This document shows, piece after piece, positions 27,544 through 36,407 of a stretch of DNA of 64,000 nt; within the stretch, counting starts at the first letter, position 1; every line of letters starts with the position of its first letter. Source of the stretch: a virus (lineage: Duplodnaviria > Caudoviricetes). Below the pieces are notes generated by a model. That model saw nothing but the letters and a program-made list of their open reading frames with translations. It had not been told where the DNA came from and did not search any database. Where the stretch lies: IMG/VR virus record IMGVR_UViG_3300021387_000147. One strand, given 5' to 3'. Made by a program: the position numbers and the translations under genes.

Positions 27544-29082
27544 ATGTTTAGTGATTATTTGAATAAACAATTTTATTCTTTTATGGATTCTTTAAAGATA
27601 AATTCTTTAAAGAAGAAAAAACATAAACCAATTAATGAAAAGTTTAATTTAATTGGATCAATTGAAATAAGTAAAGATAATCCATATAAAGAAATAGTTT
27701 TATTTAATTTATTAGTTAATCAAACAAAACCTTTAAATGGTTTATATATTCATTTGAATCTAATAGATTATCCTAATAAAGAAAAAGATTTAGAATTATC
27801 ATTACAGTCATTATTACTTGAATTTAGTGATATTATAATAGTCAAATGGCATGATTATCCATCTGAATTTAATGTATTATCAGTCTATCCTTTTCATAGT
27901 GTAGACCATGTTTATCTATTTGACCAATATACAGAATATGATAATGATACAGTCAATTATTTCTTTGAAAATAGAAAAGATAGAGTAATACAGAATTTAA
28001 GTAGTGATAACTTCCATAAAAAAAGAATTTATAAAAATAGTATCTTTCTTTATAATTTAAATGATGATACTTATGAATGTAAAGAAAGAGAAAATGTAAA
28101 AATACCATGTATTGAAAACATGGTCAAAAAAGATGTATTCATTCCAGCATTTACAATAGATGAAAAATTTGATATAGATGCTTTACATAGATTCTATAAT
28201 AATCATATAGAATTGTTTAATATAGTTAATTCATTTAAGAATGAATACAGTATTGCAATTACAGATAAGAATTATAATAACTATAAAGAAAAAGGTCTTG
28301 AAATGGACCTTTATAGAATATTGCATGATAGCGATATAAAAGAAGCTTGGCAAAAAGTATTTCCAGGTTATGATTTTTCTTTATATGGAAATATAAACAT
28401 TCAAGGTATTTTGAATAGTACCATTGAAGTTGCTTCTATTGGATATAATTTCCCAGAATTTTTAATTGAGAATTTAAATACAATTAGACATAAGATAATT
28501 GGTAAGATTGATAAGATAACATTATTGGAAAATAGTCATCATTATCAATTGAGTATGAATAGTAATGTTAGAGATGTATTAGCTCTACGTATGCAAAATA
28601 TCAATTATCTTAATAATATGACTAACCAATATTTTGATAGAACTTGGCCTAATAGAGATGAGAAACCATATTATGGTTTCCACATGTATGAAGATAGTGT
28701 CAAGTATCTTTATGATAACTGTGAACAAGATTATTTGATTATCTTTAATACTAAGGTTATATTAAAGAGTGAATTATTATATGATGAAAATGATGTATAT
28801 TGTGAATATGGCGATTACATCAAAATCTTTAATATGAAAAAGTTGAAAGAATTAAATATAAAATTTGATTCATTTGATCAGTTTTTGAAAGAACTTGAAC
28901 AAAAAGATATAAAGATAACTAAATTGGAAATGGATGCAAAGACAATTACATTGCCAATAGATTTTGATAAATACAATGGTGTAATGTTTATCTTTGCAAG
29001 ATTGAGATATAGAGTAATACAGAAATACTTGCGTGATCATGGAGTGAGCTTAGTTTATGATAAATTTTGGAATAGTCGATAA
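27544..29082 (+). CDS. Degenerate two-domain glycosyltransferase-like protein
   Basis: N-half resembles 20541 GT (QTKPLNGLYIHLNLIDYPNKE), C-half resembles 21877 GT (ITLLENS...QDYLIIFNTK); DxD motifs not recognisable. Confidence 0.55.
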   Translation: MFSDYLNKQFYSFMDSLKINSLKKKKHKPINEKFNLIGSIEISKDNPYKEIVLFNLLVNQTKPLNGLYIHLNLIDYPNKEKDLELSLQSLLLEFSDIIIVKWHDYPSEFNVLSVYPFHSVDHVYLFDQYTEYDNDTVNYFFENRKDRVIQNLSSDNFHKKRIYKNSIFLYNLNDDTYECKERENVKIPCIENMVKKDVFIPAFTIDEKFDIDALHRFYNNHIELFNIVNSFKNEYSIAITDKNYNNYKEKGLEMDLYRILHDSDIKEAWQKVFPGYDFSLYGNINIQGILNSTIEVASIGYNFPEFLIENLNTIRHKIIGKIDKITLLENSHHYQLSMNSNVRDVLALRMQNINYLNNMTNQYFDRTWPNRDEKPYYGFHMYEDSVKYLYDNCEQDYLIIFNTKVILKSELLYDENDVYCEYGDYIKIFNMKKLKELNIKFDSFDQFLKELEQKDIKITKLEMDAKTITLPIDFDKYNGVMFIFARLRYRVIQKYLRDHGVSLVYDKFWNSR

Positions 29083-30190
29083 TGAGAATGCTCAGCAAGT
29101 ATATTACTTGTTGAAGAGTATTAAAAAGAATTGTAAGTTTGATTATACGATAACATTAATAGAATGTAGTAAAAACAATCCTATCAAGAATGTAATTGAT
29201 GGTGTTACAAAATATGTAACTGATTTTGACAAAGCACATTCTACATTAAAATACTATATCAAAGAAAATCTTTGTATTTTAAATCCTAACATCCTAATAA
29301 AGAAAGATTTTAGAATAGAAGACGTGTCAGAGCCATTCATTTTTGGAGAAAATTGTTATTTTTTACCTAGAACAGATGAGCTAGAAGAATATAAAAAGAC
29401 AGTAGATTTACCTGTAGAAATATGGGATAAAGAGTCTAATTATATAGATTGGCTTTATAAACATGAACATGATTGGAAATTCTATTATGAAGATTTTATT
29501 GTGTCTATGACAACATGGCATAAGAGAATTCATGATAATGCAACCTATGAAGCATTAGAGAGTTTTGTAAATCAGAAATGTGATTATACTTATAAAGTTA
29601 TAATTGTTCTTGCTGAAGAAGAATTTGGAAAAGAAGTTCCAGCTAGAATGAAAGAATTTGTAGATAATCATAGTGATAAGGTTGAAATTTTATGGACTTA
29701 TAAAGATACACGTCCATTAAAGAAATTAGACCCTACAATGGAAAAATATCCTGAATGTCCTATTGTTACATTAGACGATGATGATATTCTAGATGAGAAT
29801 GATTTACAAAAGTTATACATACAACACATGGAAGATCCATGGTCTGTATATGGTTCTTTAATTGAGAATGGATATGGAATAGAAAATTTCGATTATGTCT
29901 GTAAATGGGTAGCAAATTGTAGAATATGGCCACCACATTGTTTATATAATTTTCCATTAAATGATTTTTATGAATACTTTGGTGGAATACTTGATGATAA
30001 CTTCAATGCGGTAAGATGTTTATATAAGATGACACCTGTAAAAGAAATAAAGAATATTCTAAGTCATAAGAAGAATGACAGTGAAATTAAGTTGACTTAT
30101 GAATATGCAGATACAGACTGGCCTAATTTGTATTCTAACTTTATTATGCAACATTTAGAAGAGTTGCCACCGGATTTATTGTATGAGTGA
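29057..30190 (+). CDS. Glycosyltransferase, degenerate N-domain plus intact GT-A C-domain
   Basis: IVSMTTWHKRI...PLKKLDP...IVTLDDDDI. Confidence 0.75.
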   Translation: MINFGIVDNENAQQVYYLLKSIKKNCKFDYTITLIECSKNNPIKNVIDGVTKYVTDFDKAHSTLKYYIKENLCILNPNILIKKDFRIEDVSEPFIFGENCYFLPRTDELEEYKKTVDLPVEIWDKESNYIDWLYKHEHDWKFYYEDFIVSMTTWHKRIHDNATYEALESFVNQKCDYTYKVIIVLAEEEFGKEVPARMKEFVDNHSDKVEILWTYKDTRPLKKLDPTMEKYPECPIVTLDDDDILDENDLQKLYIQHMEDPWSVYGSLIENGYGIENFDYVCKWVANCRIWPPHCLYNFPLNDFYEYFGGILDDNFNAVRCLYKMTPVKEIKNILSHKKNDSEIKLTYEYADTDWPNLYSNFIMQHLEELPPDLLYE

Positions 30191-31703
30191 TATAGTTTAT
30201 TTAGAAAAAGTAAATGAAACAGTAGTTAAAGTAGATTGTAATGACGAAGTAGCACATAATTTATATTGTCGTTATTCTGCTTATTCTCCTGGTTATATTT
30301 TCAATCCTAGATATAAGATGCACGTCTGGGATGGTATGATACACATGTATACTCCAAGAAGTAGTACCATTCCTATGGGTCTTTTACCTGACGTTATTCG
30401 TTATTTTGATAAAGAAGGTATTGAATATAAATTATCTAATTTCACCAATATGATTGATGAAAATATAGATGATTGGTTTGAACAACAAATGAAAGCAAAT
30501 ATGGTTAATGCACCATATCCTTTACGTGATTATCAGAAAGAAGCTATTTACGCAGCATTAAAGAATAAGAAAGGTATTCTACTTTCTTGTACTTCTTCTG
30601 GTAAATCCTTAATGATTTTCAATATCATTGTGACTTTATTGACACAAAAGAAATTAAAGAAGACTATGATTGTTGTTCCTAACAAAACCCTAGTTGAACA
30701 GTTGTATAAAGATTTTATTGACTATGGATGGAAGAACATTGATATTTGTGTCACAAAATTATATGATGAAGAAAAGAAGAATGTAGATTTTAGAAAGCCA
30801 GTATTGATTACAACTTGGCAATCAATCTATAAGAAAGAAAAATCTTTCTTTGAAGATTATCAAGCAGTAATATGTGATGAAGCTCACCAGAGTAAAGCAC
30901 AAGCATTATCTACAATCTTAAAATCATGTACAAATGCAAGTTATAAGATTGGTACTACTGGTACTTTATCTACAGAAGCATCAGATAATTTGACTATTCA
31001 GAGTATTTTAGGAGATATTCTATTTGAACTTAGAAGTAAGGATTTGATTGAAAAAGGTTATTTAACAAAGATTACTATTGCAAATATCTTAGTCAAATAT
31101 CCTATGGAGTTTATTAAGACTCATAAGAATTTGCAATATCCTGAAGAAGTTAGATATGTAGAAGAATATCCTGAACGTAATAAAGCGCTAGATTTAATCC
31201 TGGACCATACTCCAGAGACTCATAATATCTTATTGCTAGTAAACCATCGTGATCATGAAAAAAGCCTCCAGGAATACCTGAAAGCGAAATATCCTAATAA
31301 GAAAGTAAGTATTATTGATGGCTCTGTAAAAGCAAAAGAAAGAGAAAGTATTAGAACTGGAATTGAAAATGAAGATGGAACTATTTTGTTAGCAACTTTT
31401 GGAACTATGTCTACTGGTGTTAACATTCCTAAACTTCATGCAGTTGTATTATATTCTAATTCTAAGAGTAAGATTAAGGTTTTACAGAGTATTGGACGTG
31501 GATTGAGAAAGCATAATACAAAGTCTCATGTTATCTTATATGATATTATTGATGATTTGTCTTATTTTACACCAAGAGGTAAACATAAGAAGAATTACTT
31601 ATATCAGCATTGGGAAGAAAGAACAAAGTATTATGTTGAACAAGAATTCCCACAAATTACAACTAATTTAAAGTTGGAGTATCATCCTGAGGATCAGGAA
31701 TAA
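30183..31703 (+). CDS. uvsW: UvsW-like SF2 DNA helicase
   Basis: WDG.IH, LRDYQ, TSSGKS, DEAH, GTTGT, QSIGRGLR. Confidence 0.93.
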   Translation: MSDIVYLEKVNETVVKVDCNDEVAHNLYCRYSAYSPGYIFNPRYKMHVWDGMIHMYTPRSSTIPMGLLPDVIRYFDKEGIEYKLSNFTNMIDENIDDWFEQQMKANMVNAPYPLRDYQKEAIYAALKNKKGILLSCTSSGKSLMIFNIIVTLLTQKKLKKTMIVVPNKTLVEQLYKDFIDYGWKNIDICVTKLYDEEKKNVDFRKPVLITTWQSIYKKEKSFFEDYQAVICDEAHQSKAQALSTILKSCTNASYKIGTTGTLSTEASDNLTIQSILGDILFELRSKDLIEKGYLTKITIANILVKYPMEFIKTHKNLQYPEEVRYVEEYPERNKALDLILDHTPETHNILLLVNHRDHEKSLQEYLKAKYPNKKVSIIDGSVKAKERESIRTGIENEDGTILLATFGTMSTGVNIPKLHAVVLYSNSKSKIKVLQSIGRGLRKHNTKSHVILYDIIDDLSYFTPRGKHKKNYLYQHWEERTKYYVEQEFPQITTNLKLEYHPEDQE

Positions 31704-32025
31704 ACTCTTGATCTGCTATATGTTTGATAGCTTCTAATTTGTGATATTTTTTATTTCTATGATATATTTTAGTTATATCATAGATTTTTTTTGTAAATTT
31801 TTCTTTGTCCCAATTGAATGTATCAATATTGGGTTTATTTGATAATAAATCTACGTAGATAAAGCGGACTACTATATTATCTTTATTTTCACAGATGAAA
31901 CCAAATGTATCATCTTTTTCATATCCAAAATAAAAATAATTGTCACCAAATGGATATACATTTATACCCAATGTTTTTATATAATCAATTACTTCTTGAC
32001 TTGCATTAGAGAAAAAGACGTCCAT
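31663..32025 (-). CDS. Solitary C-terminal-motif protein
   Basis: KYHKLEAIKHIADQE near end; late box 4 nt upstream of ATG. Confidence 0.65.
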   Translation of the reverse strand: MDVFFSNASQEVIDYIKTLGINVYPFGDNYFYFGYEKDDTFGFICENKDNIVVRFIYVDLLSNKPNIDTFNWDKEKFTKKIYDITKIYHRNKKYHKLEAIKHIADQEFIPDPQDDTPTLN

Positions 32026-32036
32026 AAAGTATTTAT

Positions 32037-32069
32037 AAAAAAAGAACCACTCTTGCGAGTGGTCTTTTT
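32037..32069 (-). terminator. Terminator of capsid operon
   Basis: ACCACTC-ttgc-GAGTGGT with flanking A/T runs. Confidence 0.75.
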
Positions 32070-32088
32070 AATTTTGTTTAATCAAAGA

Positions 32089-32538
32089 TTAGACAGTCTT
32101 GTCAACATCTTCCTTAGATGCTACTGGACGGAAAGAAGCTACGTCAATTCCCTGAGGAACTTTTTCAATATCTTCAACCTTGTAGTATGCATCTGTTGGA
32201 GCTTCGAATACCTTTTCTGAAACTGCGGAAGTTGCAGAGAATGGCTGTCCGAAAGATACTGCTGTTGCGTAATCTGGTGAGAACAATGCAGAACCGTCAG
32301 TATCACCTGATAGAGTTTCTACACCCTTGAAATCACCTGGATTCCAACCTGACTGTGGTGTGTTAACAGTACGCTTATTATAACCTTCTGGGTCCTTAAT
32401 ATCGTATGCTAACTTTGTGTAAATACCATCACGCCATGTTGTCTTACCATCTTTTTCTGTAACTACGTACTTCAAATCTTGTTCGTAGTCATTTCCCATT
32501 CCGTATAGACCTGGATTCTGTAATGTTTTGTAAGCCAT
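32089..32538 (-). CDS. Probable capsid accessory/decoration protein
   Basis: Directly after major capsid gene, AGGAGG RBS, same high-expression codon style. Confidence 0.5.
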   Translation of the reverse strand: MAYKTLQNPGLYGMGNDYEQDLKYVVTEKDGKTTWRDGIYTKLAYDIKDPEGYNKRTVNTPQSGWNPGDFKGVETLSGDTDGSALFSPDYATAVSFGQPFSATSAVSEKVFEAPTDAYYKVEDIEKVPQGIDVASFRPVASKEDVDKTV

Positions 32539-32562
32539 TATATATTTCCTCCTACTAAAAAA

Positions 32563-33867
32563 TTACCATACTAGATCTGTAGACATGCCGTCTGAGAATA
32601 GACCATTGAACTTCAATAGACGATAGTAGTTTTCAGCTCCCAACATATTTGTTGCGAATCCATAACGAGACATAATACCAACACGTGGTGAGAAGTCGTT
32701 TGGATCAACTGCCTGGTTGATAACACCAGTTACGTATGGGCAGAATACTACACCAGCATCAGACAATGAAGAACCCTTATATGCTAATAGAACTTCACCG
32801 TTATCAGTTGTACCATCTTCAGATACAGCGTACTGATCACAGTATACCTTGATTGAATTGTTTAGAGTACCGATTTCTGGAGTGACTAGAGAACCGTTAA
32901 CGTCGTGCTGAATCTTGTTGAAGAATGGAGCAGCTGACTGTAGAACTGTAGCCATATCTGGAGAAACTACTGCGATGTTTGCAGCGCCTCTACGAGTAGC
33001 GGTACGAATATCGTTTGCAGCCTTTTGGATCTGTGTAACGATGTTTGAATATCTTTCCTGAGACCAACGTCCGATGATACCATCGTAATTAGACTTATAA
33101 TCTTCACCAGAAGCCTTATTGTAAATCTTTGGTGTACATAGAGACTTACAACGACCGATTGTTTCACGGTCCATTTCTGCGGTCATTTCTGCCTGAAGAA
33201 CGTTAATCATTTCAGACATCATTTCAATACCCTGCATTGCCTTAATATCAGCTGCAGATTCTAGAGAGAATGATGCTGCTAGTTTACGTGTCTTAGCAAC
33301 GATAGACTGTCTTGACAACATTAGGCCTAGTTCTGGCATCTTACGATCACCAGTCTTTGTGATTCCCCAACCTTCACCGGTCTGAGTATCAACACCAGTA
33401 CCTGCATCGTATGCTCCATCAGTGTTCTGTGTAGAACCTGTGAAACCAGAGAAACGAGGAACTGCCTTCCATGCTGCTTCAACTAATTCTGTTGGATCGT
33501 TTGTCTTATAAATGTAACGTAGTGCGAATGCCAAACCAACTGGACCATTCAATGGCTGAACACCAACCAATACGTTAGCGAATAATTGTGGGAATACTCT
33601 ACGTACTAGTGCCATAGAAATAGGTGCAAAAACACCCTTTGCGTCACCACCGTGTGGAATACCCTGGTCTAGACCAAGAGGTGCACCAACACCCTGTGTG
33701 AAATCTTCTGTTAGAAGATTTTCAGAAAGGTTGCCCTTATTCTGGTTTTCTAGTAGACGAGCAGTGTTCATACGAACATTATAATCTTTAATTGAAGAAA
33801 CAGACAAAGAACCTGGTGCCTTTGACCATTTATCCAATAATGATGCTTGTGCTTGACTAATTTTCAT
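32563..33867 (-). CDS. Major capsid protein (T4 gp23-like)
   Basis: ARLLENQ, LVRRVFPQL, VGVQPLNGPVGLAFALRY, AKTRKL, FCPYV, DFSPRVGIMSRYG; start MKISQ with AGGAG. Confidence 0.97.
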   Translation of the reverse strand: MKISQAQASLLDKWSKAPGSLSVSSIKDYNVRMNTARLLENQNKGNLSENLLTEDFTQGVGAPLGLDQGIPHGGDAKGVFAPISMALVRRVFPQLFANVLVGVQPLNGPVGLAFALRYIYKTNDPTELVEAAWKAVPRFSGFTGSTQNTDGAYDAGTGVDTQTGEGWGITKTGDRKMPELGLMLSRQSIVAKTRKLAASFSLESAADIKAMQGIEMMSEMINVLQAEMTAEMDRETIGRCKSLCTPKIYNKASGEDYKSNYDGIIGRWSQERYSNIVTQIQKAANDIRTATRRGAANIAVVSPDMATVLQSAAPFFNKIQHDVNGSLVTPEIGTLNNSIKVYCDQYAVSEDGTTDNGEVLLAYKGSSLSDAGVVFCPYVTGVINQAVDPNDFSPRVGIMSRYGFATNMLGAENYYRLLKFNGLFSDGMSTDLVW

Positions 33868-33945
33868 TTGTTTATCTCCTATAAATAAATTATTTTTTAA
33901 TTTACTTATTATATTTATATAATTAACCAATTATTTTTTGCAAAA

Positions 33946-34920
33946 CTACTCATCGTCGCAATAACGAGCGCTTCTTAGCAAGTCTTCTTCGTTTCTTGAT
34001 AATGGGCGTGGACGTTTGTAGCCTTCGTTAATGTTTTCTGTTTTGTCTTCGACGAATGCTGACTGACGTTTTGCGCGTTGAGCACGTTCAAACAAGCGTT
34101 GACGGTCTTCACGTAGTGCACGGATTTGGTCTGCTTCTTCATCTAGCATTTCAATACAATTGTCGATGTCTTTCTTTGTTTCAGAAAAAGTTTTGTTTTC
34201 AAATAGACGATTGACTTTTGCTTTCTGACGTGGAGTCATTCCTTCAGTCTTTTCAGCAATCAATGCTTTCTTTGAATTAACTTCAGCAACTTCGGCTAAA
34301 CGAAGATTTTCAGACAATTGCTTCTTCAATGACTTTTGAAGTTCTGCATTTTCTGCCTTCATTTCACGAATCTTCTTAGCACCGGTTAAGTCAAGTGGAA
34401 TATACTGTTCTTCAAACAATGACTTAACGCCATCGATGATAGGTGCATACATTTCACTCATAGCTGTCTTCTGAATCAATTTTGGACCAATCTTTTCCTT
34501 GATATTAAATTCTAGATACTTGTCGATACCAGTAATAACTTTGTTTTCGATAGCCTTTAGTTCTTCACCGTATTTTTCTCTGAACTTTTCTTCTAGTTGG
34601 TTGAATACGAATGCTTCTGAAGCTTCATCAAGAGATTTTGCGTATGCCTGAACCTTTTCGTTTGCTTCTTTTTCATACTGGTCTTTGATCTTCTGACAGT
34701 ATAATTTAGCCATTTCTTCAGTTTCAGCGGTAATCTTTTGTTTAGCTTCTGCGATCTGTTTCTTACACCAATCTGCAGATTTTTCGGCTAGAACTCTTGC
34801 TTCTTTATCTGAGTTAATCTTTACTTTAGCTTCAACTGCTTCATCGAATGACTTCTTAATATCATTCAAGTCTTCAGCTTGAACTCCTAAAGTAGCTAGT
34901 TTTTCAAGAATTTTATCCAT
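33946..34920 (-). CDS. Prohead core scaffold (T4 gp22-like)
   Basis: Helical, FDEAV, IDKYLE, VKSLFEEQYI; upstream of capsid gene; start MDKILE with GGAGG. Confidence 0.85.
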   Translation of the reverse strand: MDKILEKLATLGVQAEDLNDIKKSFDEAVEAKVKINSDKEARVLAEKSADWCKKQIAEAKQKITAETEEMAKLYCQKIKDQYEKEANEKVQAYAKSLDEASEAFVFNQLEEKFREKYGEELKAIENKVITGIDKYLEFNIKEKIGPKLIQKTAMSEMYAPIIDGVKSLFEEQYIPLDLTGAKKIREMKAENAELQKSLKKQLSENLRLAEVAEVNSKKALIAEKTEGMTPRQKAKVNRLFENKTFSETKKDIDNCIEMLDEEADQIRALREDRQRLFERAQRAKRQSAFVEDKTENINEGYKRPRPLSRNEEDLLRSARYCDDE

Positions 34921-35003
34921 TTTTGATTCCTCCAAATTTAGAAAATAATTTTATTTTTATTTTCATATCTTATTTATGACTATTATAGAGCCGAATTTTG
35001 CAT

Positions 35004-35078
35004 AAAAAAAGCTCATTGGTTTTCGCGTCCAATGAGCCCGAGAATAGCATTTTCTCTATAGCAATTTAGCAATTTAGC
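35004..35078 (-). ncRNA. Candidate ~75-nt late small RNA with UGCUA repeats
   Basis: TATAAATA at 35083-35090, GCTCATTGG/CCAATGAGC terminator 35011-35037 plus T7, no gene-sized ORF; scaffold has its own late box at 34971-34978. Confidence 0.5.
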
Positions 35079-35115
35079 AATATATTTATAACTTTCGTTT
35101 TGTCACTTTTTGCAA

Positions 35116-35709
35116 TTAGTTTTCAGTTGGGACTACTTCGAATGATGAATAAGAGAATGTAACTGAACGTTGAATCTTACCATCATCTTCCATACCCAAG
35201 TCTACTGAAGATACAGTCTTTGGCCATACTCTATATAGACGCCATTCAACTGGTAGTTTTCTCTTTAAAGTAGAATCGAACAAAACAATCTTCATAGTAC
35301 CACAGTAATCTTTAGCATAATTACTCATAGCACCACCAGTCAAGTTTCCGTTTGCTACGTCAATATCATCACGGAAGCCATGGTTAAAGATTAAGTTCTG
35401 CCAATGGTGGAAAGCTGTAGATACCCATAGGTCTTGGAATTCATCGAAGTTGACAGTTACGTCACCTGCAACGTTTGCCTTACCTGGATAAATTAGCTTT
35501 GAACCCATATATTCAGTAGTCATATCAGTAAATTCCTTCTGAGGAATTGTGACAGTCTTTGCTCTGAACATAAATGGCTGTTGACCAACCATATCTTGTA
35601 ATTGCTGTGATTCGAATTCGATTACAACCTGGAATAGATACTTCTTTGCTAAGTCAGGAAGGTTAGCAATTTCGGTTGTAAATACGCTCATATTATTTTC
35701 TACTGGCAT
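35116..35709 (-). CDS. Tail tube protein (T4 gp19-like)
   Basis: LAKKYLFQV, FRAKTVTIP, YMGSKLIYPG, VWPKTVSSVDL, VTFSY. Confidence 0.9.
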   Translation of the reverse strand: MPVENNMSVFTTEIANLPDLAKKYLFQVVIEFESQQLQDMVGQQPFMFRAKTVTIPQKEFTDMTTEYMGSKLIYPGKANVAGDVTVNFDEFQDLWVSTAFHHWQNLIFNHGFRDDIDVANGNLTGGAMSNYAKDYCGTMKIVLFDSTLKRKLPVEWRLYRVWPKTVSSVDLGMEDDGKIQRSVTFSYSSFEVVPTEN

Positions 35710-35721
35710 TTATAACTCTCC

Positions 35722-36099
35722 TTATTGATGTAGAACAATAGTTGGTGCAACCTGTGGCTGACCTGTTGGATCTTCCAATTTAGCGTCACCGATATGTGTA
35801 TCTGTTGCAACTTGTAATGGTGCGTTTAATGTGTGAGTGTGACCATCACCTGCTGGCCATACTTTACCGTCTACAATTTGGTGAACGTGACCACCGACAC
35901 TTGCTTGACCTTGACAATCTGGTGCGGCGATAGCATCACTAGTATAACCATAGCCAAATTCATTCCAGATAATATAATCGTGTCTATGAGGTCCCATCCA
36001 ATTAGAACCTGAGAATACGTCAGTATATCCTAACTGAGATGTATTCTCATTTAGGGTAGCCTTTTCGCATTCATTTTTCATGTATTCTGCTAAATTCAT
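35722..36099 (-). CDS. His-rich (HxH) putative metal-binding head protein
   Basis: HRH, HVH, HTH motifs; MNLAEY...TLNE leader. Confidence 0.6.
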   Translation of the reverse strand: MNLAEYMKNECEKATLNENTSQLGYTDVFSGSNWMGPHRHDYIIWNEFGYGYTSDAIAAPDCQGQASVGGHVHQIVDGKVWPAGDGHTHTLNAPLQVATDTHIGDAKLEDPTGQPQVAPTIVLHQ

Positions 36100-36109
36100 T
36101 CATTACCTC

Positions 36110-36373
36110 TTAGTCAAGAAAAGAATGAGATTCCAAGAAATTATTTAGCAATTCTTCATTTGTTTCTGATAAGTATGCAATAATTTCCTTAGCAAAATCA
36201 TCACCGTTAATTTCTCCAGCATCGATAGCGTTAATGACAGTTGTTGCCATGTCTAAAGATTCTGCATCGTCATCGAAATCATCGATGCCTTCTAGAATAA
36301 CATCGTAGCCAGCGTCATTTAAAACTTTCTTTGCTTCATCAATTTCTTGCATTGTTTCGCTGAAATTCTTCAT
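36110..36373 (-). CDS. Small acidic prohead core/internal protein with EHGY-like leader
   Basis: IDEAKKVLNDAGYDVILE; directly after portal, the position of T4 gp67. Confidence 0.6.
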   Translation of the reverse strand: MKNFSETMQEIDEAKKVLNDAGYDVILEGIDDFDDDAESLDMATTVINAIDAGEINGDDFAKEIIAYLSETNEELLNNFLESHSFLD

Positions 36374-36407
36374 AATTTTATACTCCTATATTCTATTTAT
36401 ATAGTTA

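Noticed and set aside
34913-34966. 17-codon leaderless uORF overlapping the scaffold start
   Set aside because: Spacing fits the leaderless rule but the peptide is low-complexity and could be chance; needs ribosome profiling
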